The notes under the pieces were generated by a model. It saw nothing but the letters and a program-made list of their open reading frames with translations. It ran no database searches and was not told the origin of the DNA. Positions 49,541-59,794 of a stretch of 64,000 bases of DNA are shown piece by piece (within the stretch, counting starts at the first letter, position 1; the number at the start of each line of letters is the position of its first letter). The DNA comes from Candidatus Borrarchaeum weybense (GTDB lineage Archaea > Asgardarchaeota > Sifarchaeia > Borrarchaeales > Borrarchaeaceae). The stretch lies in assembly GCA_019057385.1 (NCBI GenBank), contig JAHQJS010000007.1, positions 779,685 through 843,684 on the forward strand, written 5' to 3'. The position numbers and the translations under genes are program-made.

Positions 49541-51964
49541 ATGTTGGATGCCTCCTCCGAAAGTGTAGATACTGCTGAACACAGAATTGGAATTTTCGTC
49601 TGTCAATGTGGAGGAAATATTTCGAATGTTGTTGATGTAGAAGAAGTAAGTAAAGTCGCCAGCACTTGGAAATATGTTTTAGCTTCACAAACTAATCCAT
49701 TTACCTGTTCAAAACCTTCTCAAGAGTTGATAACTGACACTATAAAAGAAATGAAACTAAACAAAGTAATTATTGCGTCTTGCAGTCCACGATTGCACTT
49801 GATAACTTTTCAAAGTATGCTAGAACGCGCTGGATTAAATCCTTATTTGTTGGAATTTGTAAATATCAGAGAACAATGTTCATGGGTTCATGGGCCACAA
49901 ATGAGTAAGAAAGCAACACAAAAAGCTATAAGCTTACTAAGAGGGGGCTACGAAAGAAGTCTAGAACTTGAACCCTTGGAAGTTATAACAGAACCAACAT
50001 CAAATAATGTCCTAGTTATCGGTGGTGGAATCGCTGGCATGATGGCAGCATTAGAACTAGGGAATATAGGCTTCAAAGTCTATTTAGTAGAGAGACAACC
50101 CAGCATTGGCGGCAACATGGCAAAGCTGACTAAGGTTTTTCCAACCCTTGATTGTGCTCAATGTATTCTTACCCCACGAATGGCCGAAGTCGAACGAAAC
50201 GAAAATGTCACGCTTTTGACTTATTCGGAAGTTCAAGAAATTGGAGGGCGACCAGGCAATTACGATGCTAAAATTTTTGTTAAGCCTCGTGGTGTAGATC
50301 TAGAAAAATGTACCAGTTGTGGTGATTGTGCCGTTGGCTGCCCTGTAAAATGCATCAATGAATTTGAAGAAGAATTATTATCTAAACGAAGTGCTGCCTA
50401 TATCCCCTTTCTTCAGGCAGTACCACAGGTATATACAATAGACGAAAGTCATTGTCTTTATCATAAATATGGGATCTGTCGAATCTGTGAAAAAATATGC
50501 CCTGCAAACGCCATAAACTTAGATGATAAAGGGCAACTCTTAGAGCTTAGAGTAGGTAGTATAGTTGTTGCTACGGGATACGAAACATATGATGCACGGA
50601 AAATCGAAGAATATGGATATGGAACCTATCCCGATGTAATAACAATGCTACAACTAGAGCGCCTTACATCACTCTTTGGGCCTACAAAAGGTCATGTGAA
50701 GCGACTTAGTGATGGAAAAACAGCAAAAAAGATTGCTATTCTTTTATGTGCAGGCTCAAGAGATAAAAATCGTTACATTCCATACTGTAGTCGTATATGT
50801 TGTATGTATTCCATCAAACAAGCAACCCTCTTGAAAGAATATTATGAAGGAATTGATGTATGGGTTTTTTATACCGACATTCGAGCCACTGGGCGAGGGT
50901 ATGAAGAACTTTATTGGAGATCAGAAGAAGAAGGTGTCAGATTTATTAGAGGTAAAGTTTCTGAAGTCTGGCAGAGAAAAAATGGCAAGGTTATGATCAG
51001 AGCAGAAGATACGCTTACTCAAAACGTAATTGAAGAACCGTTTGATTTAGTAGCTTTGGCAACACCAATGGTTCCATCTAAAGGACTCGACAAGTTATCA
51101 GACATGATGAAAATACCATTAGGCGGAGATGAATTTATTCAAGAGAGGCACGTCAAACTCAATCCCGTTGATTCACTTCAAACTGGCATATTCACATGCG
51201 GTTGTGCGATAGGTCCAAAAGATGTTAGAGATACGGTATCTGATGCTTTGGGTTCAGCGGCACGCGTCTCCTCATTTTTATCTAAAGGATATATTATAAC
51301 GTCGCCCGAAAAAGCTGTCGTCGATATTACTAAGTGTACTGGATGCGAAATCTGTTTAGAAATCTGCCCTTCCAGCGCAATAAAAATGATTGAAGAGAAG
51401 GCAAAAGTTGACCCTCTTTTGTGTATAGAATGCGGTGCTTGTGTTCCAGAGTGCCCAGAGGCTGCAATCGATTTTAAGAATTTCACCGAAAAGCAGATTA
51501 TCTCCCAACTTCGAGGATTACTTCAAGATAAAGAACTTGACGAAATAAGGATAATCGCTTTTGTCGACAAGACCATTGGTTACACAGGGCTGGATTTTGT
51601 AGGACAGGATAGACAGAATTACCCCTTTGAAATTAGGGCTATTCGTGTCCCCTCGACTGCACTTCTCAGTAAACAACACATTAGTTATGCTTTTAGACTT
51701 GGGGCGGATGGAATCGTTGTTATCGAAGGAGATGCCACTAGAGAGAAGTTCACAAAGAAGAGGATTGAAGAAATCATTGATCTGATGGAAGATCTGGATA
51801 TCGAAGGTTCAAGGATATATTATAGCACTGTGGAACTCCCTGCATACAAGAAAATAGCTAATATCTTTGAAATTCAGGCAAAAATGATCAGTGAACTTGG
51901 TCCGATTCCAGAAGAAATCCGTGTACAACTCTTAGATGGTATTAAAATCGAAAAAGTGGTTTGA
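49541..51964 (+). CDS. hdrA: Heterodisulfide reductase subunit A-like protein fused to a degenerate MvhD domain
   Basis: GIFVCQCGGNI, SCSP, NIREQCSW, GGGIAG, KVFPTLDC, CSRICCMY, ferredoxin motifs; C-terminal IAFV..GY.G.D..G..R.NYP...GADG. Confidence 0.92.
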   Translation: MLDASSESVDTAEHRIGIFVCQCGGNISNVVDVEEVSKVASTWKYVLASQTNPFTCSKPSQELITDTIKEMKLNKVIIASCSPRLHLITFQSMLERAGLNPYLLEFVNIREQCSWVHGPQMSKKATQKAISLLRGGYERSLELEPLEVITEPTSNNVLVIGGGIAGMMAALELGNIGFKVYLVERQPSIGGNMAKLTKVFPTLDCAQCILTPRMAEVERNENVTLLTYSEVQEIGGRPGNYDAKIFVKPRGVDLEKCTSCGDCAVGCPVKCINEFEEELLSKRSAAYIPFLQAVPQVYTIDESHCLYHKYGICRICEKICPANAINLDDKGQLLELRVGSIVVATGYETYDARKIEEYGYGTYPDVITMLQLERLTSLFGPTKGHVKRLSDGKTAKKIAILLCAGSRDKNRYIPYCSRICCMYSIKQATLLKEYYEGIDVWVFYTDIRATGRGYEELYWRSEEEGVRFIRGKVSEVWQRKNGKVMIRAEDTLTQNVIEEPFDLVALATPMVPSKGLDKLSDMMKIPLGGDEFIQERHVKLNPVDSLQTGIFTCGCAIGPKDVRDTVSDALGSAARVSSFLSKGYIITSPEKAVVDITKCTGCEICLEICPSSAIKMIEEKAKVDPLLCIECGACVPECPEAAIDFKNFTEKQIISQLRGLLQDKELDEIRIIAFVDKTIGYTGLDFVGQDRQNYPFEIRAIRVPSTALLSKQHISYAFRLGADGIVVIEGDATREKFTKKRIEEIIDLMEDLDIEGSRIYYSTVELPAYKKIANIFEIQAKMISELGPIPEEIRVQLLDGIKIEKVV

Positions 51965-52084
51965 CTATTTGATTGATTATTATTTTCTCTGTTTTTTTTT
52001 AAGATCTAAAACATTTTTAAATTGTCAACTTTCTCTTACTCACTGCAAATTTTATTTTGATCACTTCATTTTGGAGGTTAACAG

Positions 52085-52861
52085 TTGGACATAATTGTTT
52101 GTGTAAAACATGTTCCCGATGTAGCGGGTGCTGAAATCTTAATCGATGAAAGCGGTAAAAAAATAAAAACCGGAGATTTACCATTCGAAATTAACGAATG
52201 GGACGAATACGCAATTGAAGAGGCAATACTGATAAAAGAAAGACTTGGAACTGGATCCGTCACCGCGATAACAATTGGTGATGATAATGCAGAAGCCACT
52301 TTACGGAGATGTCTAGCTAAAGGCGCCGATAAAGCAATCAGAGTTCATGATGATGCATTTGAAGGTTCCGATGCCTATGCTATCGCAAAAATTCTTTACA
52401 ATGCAATTAAGGATTTGCCATTCGATTTGGTATTTACTGGCTTACAAACTAATGATGAAGGATATGGCCAGGTGGGAGGAATTCTCTCAGAATTTTTGGA
52501 AATTCCACATGCGAGCCTAGTTAAGAAGATAGAAATAAAGGATAAACTAATAGAGGTTAATCGAGAACTTGAGGGTGGTTTAGAAGAGGTTCTAGAACTT
52601 CAATTACCTGCATTACTTACTATTCAAACTGGAATCAATGAACCAAGATATGTTTCTATTATGGGCATACGCAAAGCTAAAAAGAAAGAATTGCAAGTCA
52701 TCAGCTTAAATGAATTAGAATTAACTCCTGAAGAAGTCGGGATTTCTGGATCTTGGCTTCAAATCGAGGAGTTATCCATTCCAAAACCTACGAAGCAAGT
52801 TGTCATTCTAGATGATGCTACAAAAATTGCTGAGGTCTTACGTGCAAGGGGGTTAATATAG
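52085..52861 (+). CDS. etfB: Electron transfer flavoprotein beta subunit
   Basis: IIVCVKHVPD, INEWDEYAIEEA, GADKA, NEPRY. Confidence 0.95.
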   Translation: MDIIVCVKHVPDVAGAEILIDESGKKIKTGDLPFEINEWDEYAIEEAILIKERLGTGSVTAITIGDDNAEATLRRCLAKGADKAIRVHDDAFEGSDAYAIAKILYNAIKDLPFDLVFTGLQTNDEGYGQVGGILSEFLEIPHASLVKKIEIKDKLIEVNRELEGGLEEVLELQLPALLTIQTGINEPRYVSIMGIRKAKKKELQVISLNELELTPEEVGISGSWLQIEELSIPKPTKQVVILDDATKIAEVLRARGLI

Positions 52862-53839
52862 ATGAGCATCTTTGTATTAGTGGAACACAGGCAAGGCGAG
52901 ATTAGGGACATCACCTTCGAGATGTTAAGCAAGTGTAAAGAAATCTCCAAAGATATAAATGTTAAAACAACTGCTGTGCTTTTGGGAAATGACGTTGAAC
53001 AATTTTTAGACCCCCTTAAGGGTTATGCTGATACGATCGTATGCTGCCGTGATGAGAAACTTGAATATTTCAATTCAAGAACATATCAAATGGTATTATC
53101 TCATCTAATCAATGAGAACAAACCTCTTTTAACCCTGATTGGACACACATCATATGGTATTGACTTAGCCCCAGGTTTAGCTATTAAACTGCAAATACCA
53201 TTAGCTACTGATTGTGCAGATTTTTCCGTTGAAGATGATCAATTAAGGATAGTTCGTCAGATGTATGGTGGTAAAGTGAATGCTAGGGCTACTCTCAAAA
53301 AAGCTGAAAGCTATCTTATAACTATTCGTCCTGCATCCTTTGAAGCAAAAGAACCAGAAACAAAGGATAGCGAAGTTATCAATTTAGAATCGTCGTTAAA
53401 AGAAGAGCCAATTGATAAGCGATTTATCAAATATGTCGAACCAGAAGTAAGCGACGTAGACATAACTGCAAGCGACATCCTTGTTTCTATTGGACGCGGA
53501 ATCAAAGAGGATAAGAATATTCCGATAATCGAAGAACTTACTACTGCGCTGGGAGGCGTTATCTCTTGTTCTCGACCAATTGTTGATAAAGGTTGGCTCG
53601 ATAAAGGTCGTCAAGTTGGTACTTCAGGAAAGACAGTAAAACCTAAGTTGTATCTTGCACTTGGTATTAGTGGAGCATTTCAACACATTGCAGGTATGAA
53701 AGACTCCGATCTAGTTATCGCAATCAATAAAGACGCAAATGCCCCTATCTTCGGCGTTGCTGATTTTGGTATTGTAGATGATTTATTTAAAGTAGTTCCT
53801 GAATTATCACAAAAAATAAAGGAAATGAAAGGTGCATAG
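52862..53839 (+). CDS. etfA: Electron transfer flavoprotein alpha subunit
   Basis: SRPIVD, QVGTSGKTV, GISGAFQH, AINKDANAPIF. Confidence 0.95.
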   Translation: MSIFVLVEHRQGEIRDITFEMLSKCKEISKDINVKTTAVLLGNDVEQFLDPLKGYADTIVCCRDEKLEYFNSRTYQMVLSHLINENKPLLTLIGHTSYGIDLAPGLAIKLQIPLATDCADFSVEDDQLRIVRQMYGGKVNARATLKKAESYLITIRPASFEAKEPETKDSEVINLESSLKEEPIDKRFIKYVEPEVSDVDITASDILVSIGRGIKEDKNIPIIEELTTALGGVISCSRPIVDKGWLDKGRQVGTSGKTVKPKLYLALGISGAFQHIAGMKDSDLVIAINKDANAPIFGVADFGIVDDLFKVVPELSQKIKEMKGA

Positions 53840-53845
53840 TTCAGG

Positions 53846-55021
53846 ATGGTGATTTTTATGGACTTCAGACTAACAACTGATCAACTGGATATCAAAAAAG
53901 CGATCAGTGAATTTGCCGAGAAGGAATTTACTAAGGAAATTGCACTAGAATGCGATAAAAACGAACAATTCCCGCATGAATTACATAAAATGGCAGCTGA
54001 ACTGGGCTTTATAGGAATACATTTTCCCGAGCAGTACGGAGGAGGAGAATTCGGAACTTTTGAGAACTGTCTTTACGTGGAAGAGATCTGCCGAGTCGAT
54101 TCATGTCTTGGTGGTGCACTTTTACTCCCAGACTTTGCGAGTGAATTGATTATGGACCGAGGCACAGAAGAACAAAAGCAGAAATATCTCCCTAAAGTTG
54201 CTTCGGGAGAATTTATTTCAGCGGGTGCATTTACAGAACCTGAACACGGGAGCGACATTACTAAAATGGATACAACTGCTATAAAAAGTGGAAACGAATG
54301 GGAAATCAATGGTAATAAGACACTTATTTCTAACGCAACAATTGCTGATTTTTATATCGTTTTATGCCAAACTGACATGGAAGTTAGTCCATCATATCGT
54401 GGACAATCCCTTATCATTGTAGAGAAAGATGCTGATGGTTTAGATGTAACTAAATTCAAAGATAAATTAGGATGCCGATCGGCACCCACTGGAGATCTAT
54501 CGTTCGCTAATGTGATTGTCCCAGAATCTAATCTTGTTGGCGAGTTAAATAAAGGGTTCTATCATAGTCTAGAATTTTTCAACAAATCGAGAATAGAGAT
54601 CGCCGCACAAGGAGTTGGTACAGCTCAAGGTGCGTTTGAACGTGCCTTCAACTATGCAAAGGAACGGAAAGCCTTTGGTGAACCAATTATTACCGGATTT
54701 CAAGCAATCAGCCATAAGTTAGCTGACATGAGCATCAAAATTGAAGCTGCTCGCTTACTCACCTATAAAGCTGCGTGGTTAGCTGATCAAGGACAAATCG
54801 ATCCCGCTATTTCATCGATGGCTAAGGCATATGCTGGCAGAATAGCTGTTGAGGTAGCTGATGAGGCAATACAGATTCTTGGAGGCGCCGGTTATATCGC
54901 AGAAAACGAAGTAGAGAGGTTTTATAGAGATGCGAAACTCATAGAGATCTATGAAGGCACTAGAGAGATCCAAAAAAACACTATTGTCAGGTCACTAATC
55001 AAAAAGGGCGTTAAGAGTTAA
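53846..55021 (+). CDS. Acyl-CoA dehydrogenase, paralog 1
   Basis: FTEPEHGSD, INGNK..ISN, RKAFG, QILGGAG, IYEGTREIQ. Confidence 0.95.
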   Translation: MVIFMDFRLTTDQLDIKKAISEFAEKEFTKEIALECDKNEQFPHELHKMAAELGFIGIHFPEQYGGGEFGTFENCLYVEEICRVDSCLGGALLLPDFASELIMDRGTEEQKQKYLPKVASGEFISAGAFTEPEHGSDITKMDTTAIKSGNEWEINGNKTLISNATIADFYIVLCQTDMEVSPSYRGQSLIIVEKDADGLDVTKFKDKLGCRSAPTGDLSFANVIVPESNLVGELNKGFYHSLEFFNKSRIEIAAQGVGTAQGAFERAFNYAKERKAFGEPIITGFQAISHKLADMSIKIEAARLLTYKAAWLADQGQIDPAISSMAKAYAGRIAVEVADEAIQILGGAGYIAENEVERFYRDAKLIEIYEGTREIQKNTIVRSLIKKGVKS

Positions 55022-55068
55022 AAGAGAGATTCTAAAGTACAAAGCCGAAAAAAGGAGGAGGAGGCTTT

Positions 55069-56238
55069 TTGCGTTTTACACCTACAACTGATCAATTAGA
55101 TATTCGCAAAGCAGTCAAGGAATTTGCTGAGAAGGAATTTACTAAGGAAATTGCACTAGAATGCGATAAAACTGAACTGTTTCCCTATAAACTTCATAAG
55201 ATGGCAGCTGAACTAGGCTTTATAGGGATACACTTTCCCGAGCAGTACGGAGGAGGAGGATTCGGAACTCTTGAGAACTGTCTATATGTAGAGGAGATTT
55301 GTCGAGTTGACTCGGGTCTTGGCATCGCACTTTCTCTATCAGATCTTGCTTCTGAGTTGATTATAAATCACGGATCCGAAGAACAAAAACAAAAATACCT
55401 TCCTAAAGTAGCGAGTGGAGATTTCATTTCTGCAGTCGCACTTACAGAGCCTGAGCATGGAAGTGACATCACTGAAATGGATACAACTGCTATTGCTGTA
55501 AAAAGTGGCGATGAATGGGAAATCAATGGCTGTAAGACACTCATTTCTAATGTATCAATTGCTGGTTTTTATATCGTGCTCTGCCAAACTATTAAAGAAG
55601 TTTCTCCAACTTATAGAGGGCAATCCCTTATTATTGTAGACGCAGATACAGAAGGTCTGGAATATTCGCTATTCAAAGACAAGTTAGGATGTAGAGCTTC
55701 TCCTACTGGAGAGCTTAGTTTTTGCAATGTACACGTTCCAGAGGAAAATCTTCTTGGAATACTTAACAAAGGATTTTACCATACATTGAATTTCTTCAAT
55801 CAAAGCAGGGTTGAAATTGCGGCACAAGGAGTTGGCATCGCTCAAGGTGCATTTGAACGTGCCTTTAATTACGCAAAGGAACGGAAAGCTTTTGGAAAAC
55901 CAATTATTACTGGATTTCAAGCAATTTCGCATAAACTTGCCGATATGAGCATCAAAATTGAGGCTGCTCGACTTTTAACGCACAAAGCAGCATGGCTAGT
56001 AGATCAAGGACAACCGGATCCAGCAATATCTTCTATGGCAAAAACTAACGCAGGTAGAGTAGCAGTTGAAGTGGCTGATGAAGCAATACAAGTACTTGGT
56101 GGAGCGGGATATCTTGCGGAAAATGAAGTCGAGCGTTTTTACAGGGACGCTAAAATTATTGAAATCTATGAAGGCACTAGAGAGATTCAGAAAAACACTA
56201 TAGTCAGATTTCTACTCAAAAGAGGAATTAAAAACTAA
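55069..56238 (+). CDS. Acyl-CoA dehydrogenase, paralog 2
   Basis: LTEPEHGSD, RKAFG, QVLGGAG, IYEGTREIQ. Confidence 0.95.
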   Translation: MRFTPTTDQLDIRKAVKEFAEKEFTKEIALECDKTELFPYKLHKMAAELGFIGIHFPEQYGGGGFGTLENCLYVEEICRVDSGLGIALSLSDLASELIINHGSEEQKQKYLPKVASGDFISAVALTEPEHGSDITEMDTTAIAVKSGDEWEINGCKTLISNVSIAGFYIVLCQTIKEVSPTYRGQSLIIVDADTEGLEYSLFKDKLGCRASPTGELSFCNVHVPEENLLGILNKGFYHTLNFFNQSRVEIAAQGVGIAQGAFERAFNYAKERKAFGKPIITGFQAISHKLADMSIKIEAARLLTHKAAWLVDQGQPDPAISSMAKTNAGRVAVEVADEAIQVLGGAGYLAENEVERFYRDAKIIEIYEGTREIQKNTIVRFLLKRGIKN

Positions 56239-56278
56239 TTTTATTGTGATTTTATAGCTTTCTCCCCATTTCGTGGGC

Positions 56279-56941
56279 TTATATGAAAATCTTTAACTGT
56301 TCTAACAATGACAACATTTTCTTTTGCATTATGGGATCATATTCATCAAACATATTGACCAATTCTACTTCTGACAAAATTCGCCCTCTCTCAATAACTT
56401 CTTCAAGCCATGTTTGGATAAATAAGGGATGCTGATGTGTATTAAACACATCTACAGAATGATCCTTAGTTACACGCAGCCAGCCTTTTGGAAGAGTTAA
56501 TAGGAGAGGATTTAATGAATATTCACTAGGACTGTCAACAAAATCTGCAAGTCGATGCCACTCTATTATAGTTGTTAATTGACGGATTTTATCTGTTGGA
56601 ATACAGAATGGATTGAACGCCTCAAATGTTGTGGGAGTGCTTTTCCAATTGAGTGTGTGTTCTAAAAGTCTCCCTTGTGTTACGGAAAGGGATTGTGGAG
56701 AAAGTTTAAACACAAAAGCTGCACGTGGAGGTCGTGAATATTCACTTGAATAAAGTGATTTTAATGCATAAGGTAGTTTGCTTGAATATTCAGCACAATA
56801 GTCCTGAGACGAAAGTCGTGCTTTAGATGCAGGAATTTCTTGATATGGTACACCATATTTTCTAAGACCAATTATAACTGCGTTGAGAGAGCTTGGATCT
56901 TCTTGTAATTGCCCAAAATAAAATCCCTTAAGTTGAGCCAT
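56279..56941 (-). CDS. Hypothetical protein, unknown ~220-aa family, copy 1
   Basis: GGAGGTGA SD; colinear with three neighbours (FGQL.EDP, SKARLS, EYSRP, F.PFCIP.DK, GW.R.T, DVFN.H, EEVIERGRILSEVEL). Confidence 0.8.
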   Translation of the reverse strand: MAQLKGFYFGQLQEDPSSLNAVIIGLRKYGVPYQEIPASKARLSSQDYCAEYSSKLPYALKSLYSSEYSRPPRAAFVFKLSPQSLSVTQGRLLEHTLNWKSTPTTFEAFNPFCIPTDKIRQLTTIIEWHRLADFVDSPSEYSLNPLLLTLPKGWLRVTKDHSVDVFNTHQHPLFIQTWLEEVIERGRILSEVELVNMFDEYDPIMQKKMLSLLEQLKIFI

Positions 56942-57117
56942 TGCTCACCTCCCCATAGTTGGTACATGGTTAAAACATAGTTGAAATAAAGATAATTTGA
57001 TAATTACCAAATAATGTAAGCTTTTCGTTTAAATAAGGACTAGATAGCTACCTTCAATTAAAGTAACTTCACCGTGAATATTTGTCTTTATACAGTACGT
57101 TTCCAAAGTTTTGGGTC

Positions 57118-57777
57118 TCATTTAAAAATTTTAAACTTCTCCAATAGCTTTATGAGATTCTTCTTCATATAAGGATCATATTCGTCCAACATATTAACTA
57201 ATTCTACTTCTGATAAAACTCGCTCTCTCTCAATTACTTCTTCAATCCACACTTGAAGGAAAAGCGGGTTTTGGTGAGTATTAAAAACATCGATCTGTTC
57301 TCTAGTTACGCGGAGCCAACCTTTTGGAAGAGTGAGTAAGATTGGATTTAATGAGTAATCACTTGGATGTTCAACATAATCTGCAAGTCGATGCCACTCT
57401 ATTAATGTGGTTAATTGACGGATTTTATCTGTTGGAATACAAAATGGATTGAACGCTTCAAATGTTGTGTTGGTGTGTTTCCAGTTTAGCGTGTATTCTA
57501 AGAGTATACCTTTAATTGTAGAAAGCGATTTTCTAGACATTTTAAATAGAAAACAAGCTCTCGGCGGTCGTGAATACTCACCCGAATAGAGTTCTGTCAA
57601 CGCCTCAGTTAGTGTGCTTGTATATTCAGCACAATAGTCCTGAGATGAAAGTCGTGCTTTAGATGCAGGAATTTCTTGATATGGTACACCATATTTTCTA
57701 AGAGATGCCATAACTGCGTTCACAGAGTTTGGGTCTTCTTCCAATTGACCAAAATGGAATTCTTCAAGTTGTGCTAT
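57118..57777 (-). CDS. Unknown ~220-aa family, copy 2 (ATA at the homologous start position)
   Basis: The frame extends upstream of 57744 to ATA-GCA-CAA-CTT (IAQL, compared with MAQL/MAQI in the paralogs). Confidence 0.72.
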   Translation of the reverse strand: MAQLEEFHFGQLEEDPNSVNAVMASLRKYGVPYQEIPASKARLSSQDYCAEYTSTLTEALTELYSGEYSRPPRACFLFKMSRKSLSTIKGILLEYTLNWKHTNTTFEAFNPFCIPTDKIRQLTTLIEWHRLADYVEHPSDYSLNPILLTLPKGWLRVTREQIDVFNTHQNPLFLQVWIEEVIERERVLSEVELVNMLDEYDPYMKKNLIKLLEKFKIFK

Positions 57778-57862
57778 CGGGATCCCCTCTCTGTCGGAAG
57801 AGACTTCCTGCTGATTATGTTAAAATTTTCAACTTCTCCAATAATATAGTACTTTCTTCTTC

Positions 57863-59486
57863 GTGAACTACCGCCCAACAAGTTGGGTGGCTTCTGCCTT
57901 CACGGATTTTTGAGCTGTCTCTACGAGAGAAAGCAAGAACCCGCTCATCGACAGTTCGGGGTGGTCCACAGCACCCCCCGTTCCTTCGCAGAGGAACACT
58001 TTGGGTTTCGCCTTACGATTTTTACGACCGTTCTGTTTTTTTAGCCCGGTAAGGCACATTAGAGCGTCTATCAGGATGTTGAACGCAGCATTTACGTCTC
58101 TATCGGCAGTAAATCCGCATTTCAGGCACCTGAACGCCCTGTCTTTAACTTCTACCTTCCTTGAACCACACCACGAACAGCGACGGGTGGTCCACCACTC
58201 ATTGGTCACCAAGGGTACTCCGTCATGCATCAGTACCGCTATCGCGATACGCTCGGCGCAGTCCTTGAAGGCCCAATGGTTGACGCGTTTTCGATTCCTG
58301 CGATGCCCTGAACCCTTTTAGTGACAATTACGCACTTTGTCGGGATAGCCTATGACCACCAACGAACCTGTAAGGTGCTTGGCAATATCAATCGCCAACT
58401 TTCTCCTGAAATCCTTGGCAAAATTTACCCGCTTACAGTAGAGTTTCTTCACTACCGCGTACTTCCCTAAGCGTTGTAATTTGGCGATCCTATTGTTTAG
58501 TTGACGCATATGGATGAAGAACTTTTTGTAGTCCTCTTTTTTAAACAGCATGACGTTGCCGTCGCCCGATAACTCGCACGTTACGGTCGTCGCCAGCCGC
58601 TTCAAACCCAGGTCGATGCCGGTCAGCGACTTCAACACCGGCATAACGTCCTTTTCTACAACGACATGGGCTTCGTAGCGTTTCAATCGGTGATTTTTAA
58701 CGATCTGAAAAGACTTAACACGCCATTCTTTGTCGTAGAGGTGCTTCGCGGCATACGGATACATATATAACGGTAGGTGTAATTTTTCGCCTTTTTTGAG
58801 GGTGGAAATTCGTGCCCAGAGAGGAAACTCCTTCGCAATGCGGGGAAGCGATATGTCGCCTACACGGTAGTCGAACATGACGGCTAGCTTCCCCCTGATA
58901 GTCGGTGGTGAGGGTTGCCTCTGCTTCCAGCGGTAGAGTTTGTGCTGGAGCTTTCGCAACCGTTTCCTGTCTTTAGCGGTGCTCTTCCTGGCAAGGCGTT
59001 TTTTACAGGTGGTGATGGACTTTTCCAGACGCGTAATCTCCCGCTGCCACTCACGATACAGTTCCCGATAGGATTTGAACATCCAGAGGGCTTTATCGCG
59101 GCAGGCTTGCACGAACCCTGATGACAACCCAGTCAGGGTCTGTATGTGCTGTCGGTATTGCTCCGCCTCTTTAACACCCGTTATGTTTTCAGCGATGATT
59201 TTCTCAAGAAACAGTTGTACACCATAGGTAAGCCAGGCGGTAAGTTTGTCGAGGAACTTTATTTTCGTTGTGGTGATCCTGTCATCAACGGGAAGCACTA
59301 GTGTCTTGCACATAGTTAATGGTTTGGCAAGTTGCAGTTCCAGTCCCATCCTCCACCACACCCTAAGAACTTATGGAACACGAGACTTAAAAAACTTTCG
59401 CCAACCAGCATATCGTGAAAAAAAGTACCACCATAGCTACGCAATTCATCCCACCAACTAGTTGGGGGGTCTTCTTGCGAAATTAT
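57863..59486 (-). mobile_element. IS200/IS605-family (tnpB only) element 3
   Basis: Inserted 3' of TTTAT; left end CGCAAGAAGACCCCCCAACTAGTTGGTGGGATGAATTGCG; right end GAAGCCACCCAACTTGTTGGGCGGTAGTTCAC; removing it restores DPF-M-KKK. Confidence 0.9.
57868..59349 (-). pseudogene. tnpB: tnpB (long variant) with an in-frame TAA at 58318-58320
   Basis: GIDLG ... VRNCH*KGSGHRRNRKRVNHWAF ... NEWWTTRRCSWCG ... CLKCG..DRDVNAA; both halves are in the same frame. Confidence 0.88.
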
Positions 59487-59697
59487 ATAAAAGGATCATA
59501 TTTTTCAAATAAGTTGACCAATTCTACTTCTGATAATATTCGCCCCTTTTCAATCACTTCTTCAAGCCACGCTTCAAGGAAAAATGGATTATGGTGGGTA
59601 TTAAAAATATCAACAGTATGATCTTTAGTGACGCGAAAACATCCTTGTTTGAGTGTGAGAAATATTGGGTCTAATGAACTTTCATTTACGCAGTGAG

Positions 59698-59757
59698 AGA
59701 GAGATTCAAAAGAATACAATAGTACGCTTCCTACTTAAGCGGGGCATCAAAAGCTAA
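59698..59757 (+). pseudogene. 3' fragment of a third acyl-CoA dehydrogenase copy
   Basis: Encodes REIQKNTIVRFLLKRGIKS*, matching the end of 55069-56238 (REIQKNTIVRFLLKRGIKN*). Confidence 0.85.
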
Positions 59758-59794
59758 TTTCTCTGTGAATAACCTTTTTCAAAGTCTTTTGGCT

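Larger units (their letters stand above)
57815..59695 (-). pseudogene. Unknown ~220-aa family, copy 3: 5'-truncated and split by tnpB element 3
   Basis: 59487-~59695 encodes ..SLDPIFLTLKQGCFRVTKDH...FEKYDPF; 57815-57862 encodes the tail MKKKVL..LLEKLKILT* with a 1-nt deletion. Confidence 0.8.

Noticed and set aside
25523-58320. Selenocysteine or pyrrolysine recoding of the internal stops
   Set aside because: All three internal stops are TAA, not TGA or TAG, and TAA terminates many host genes.
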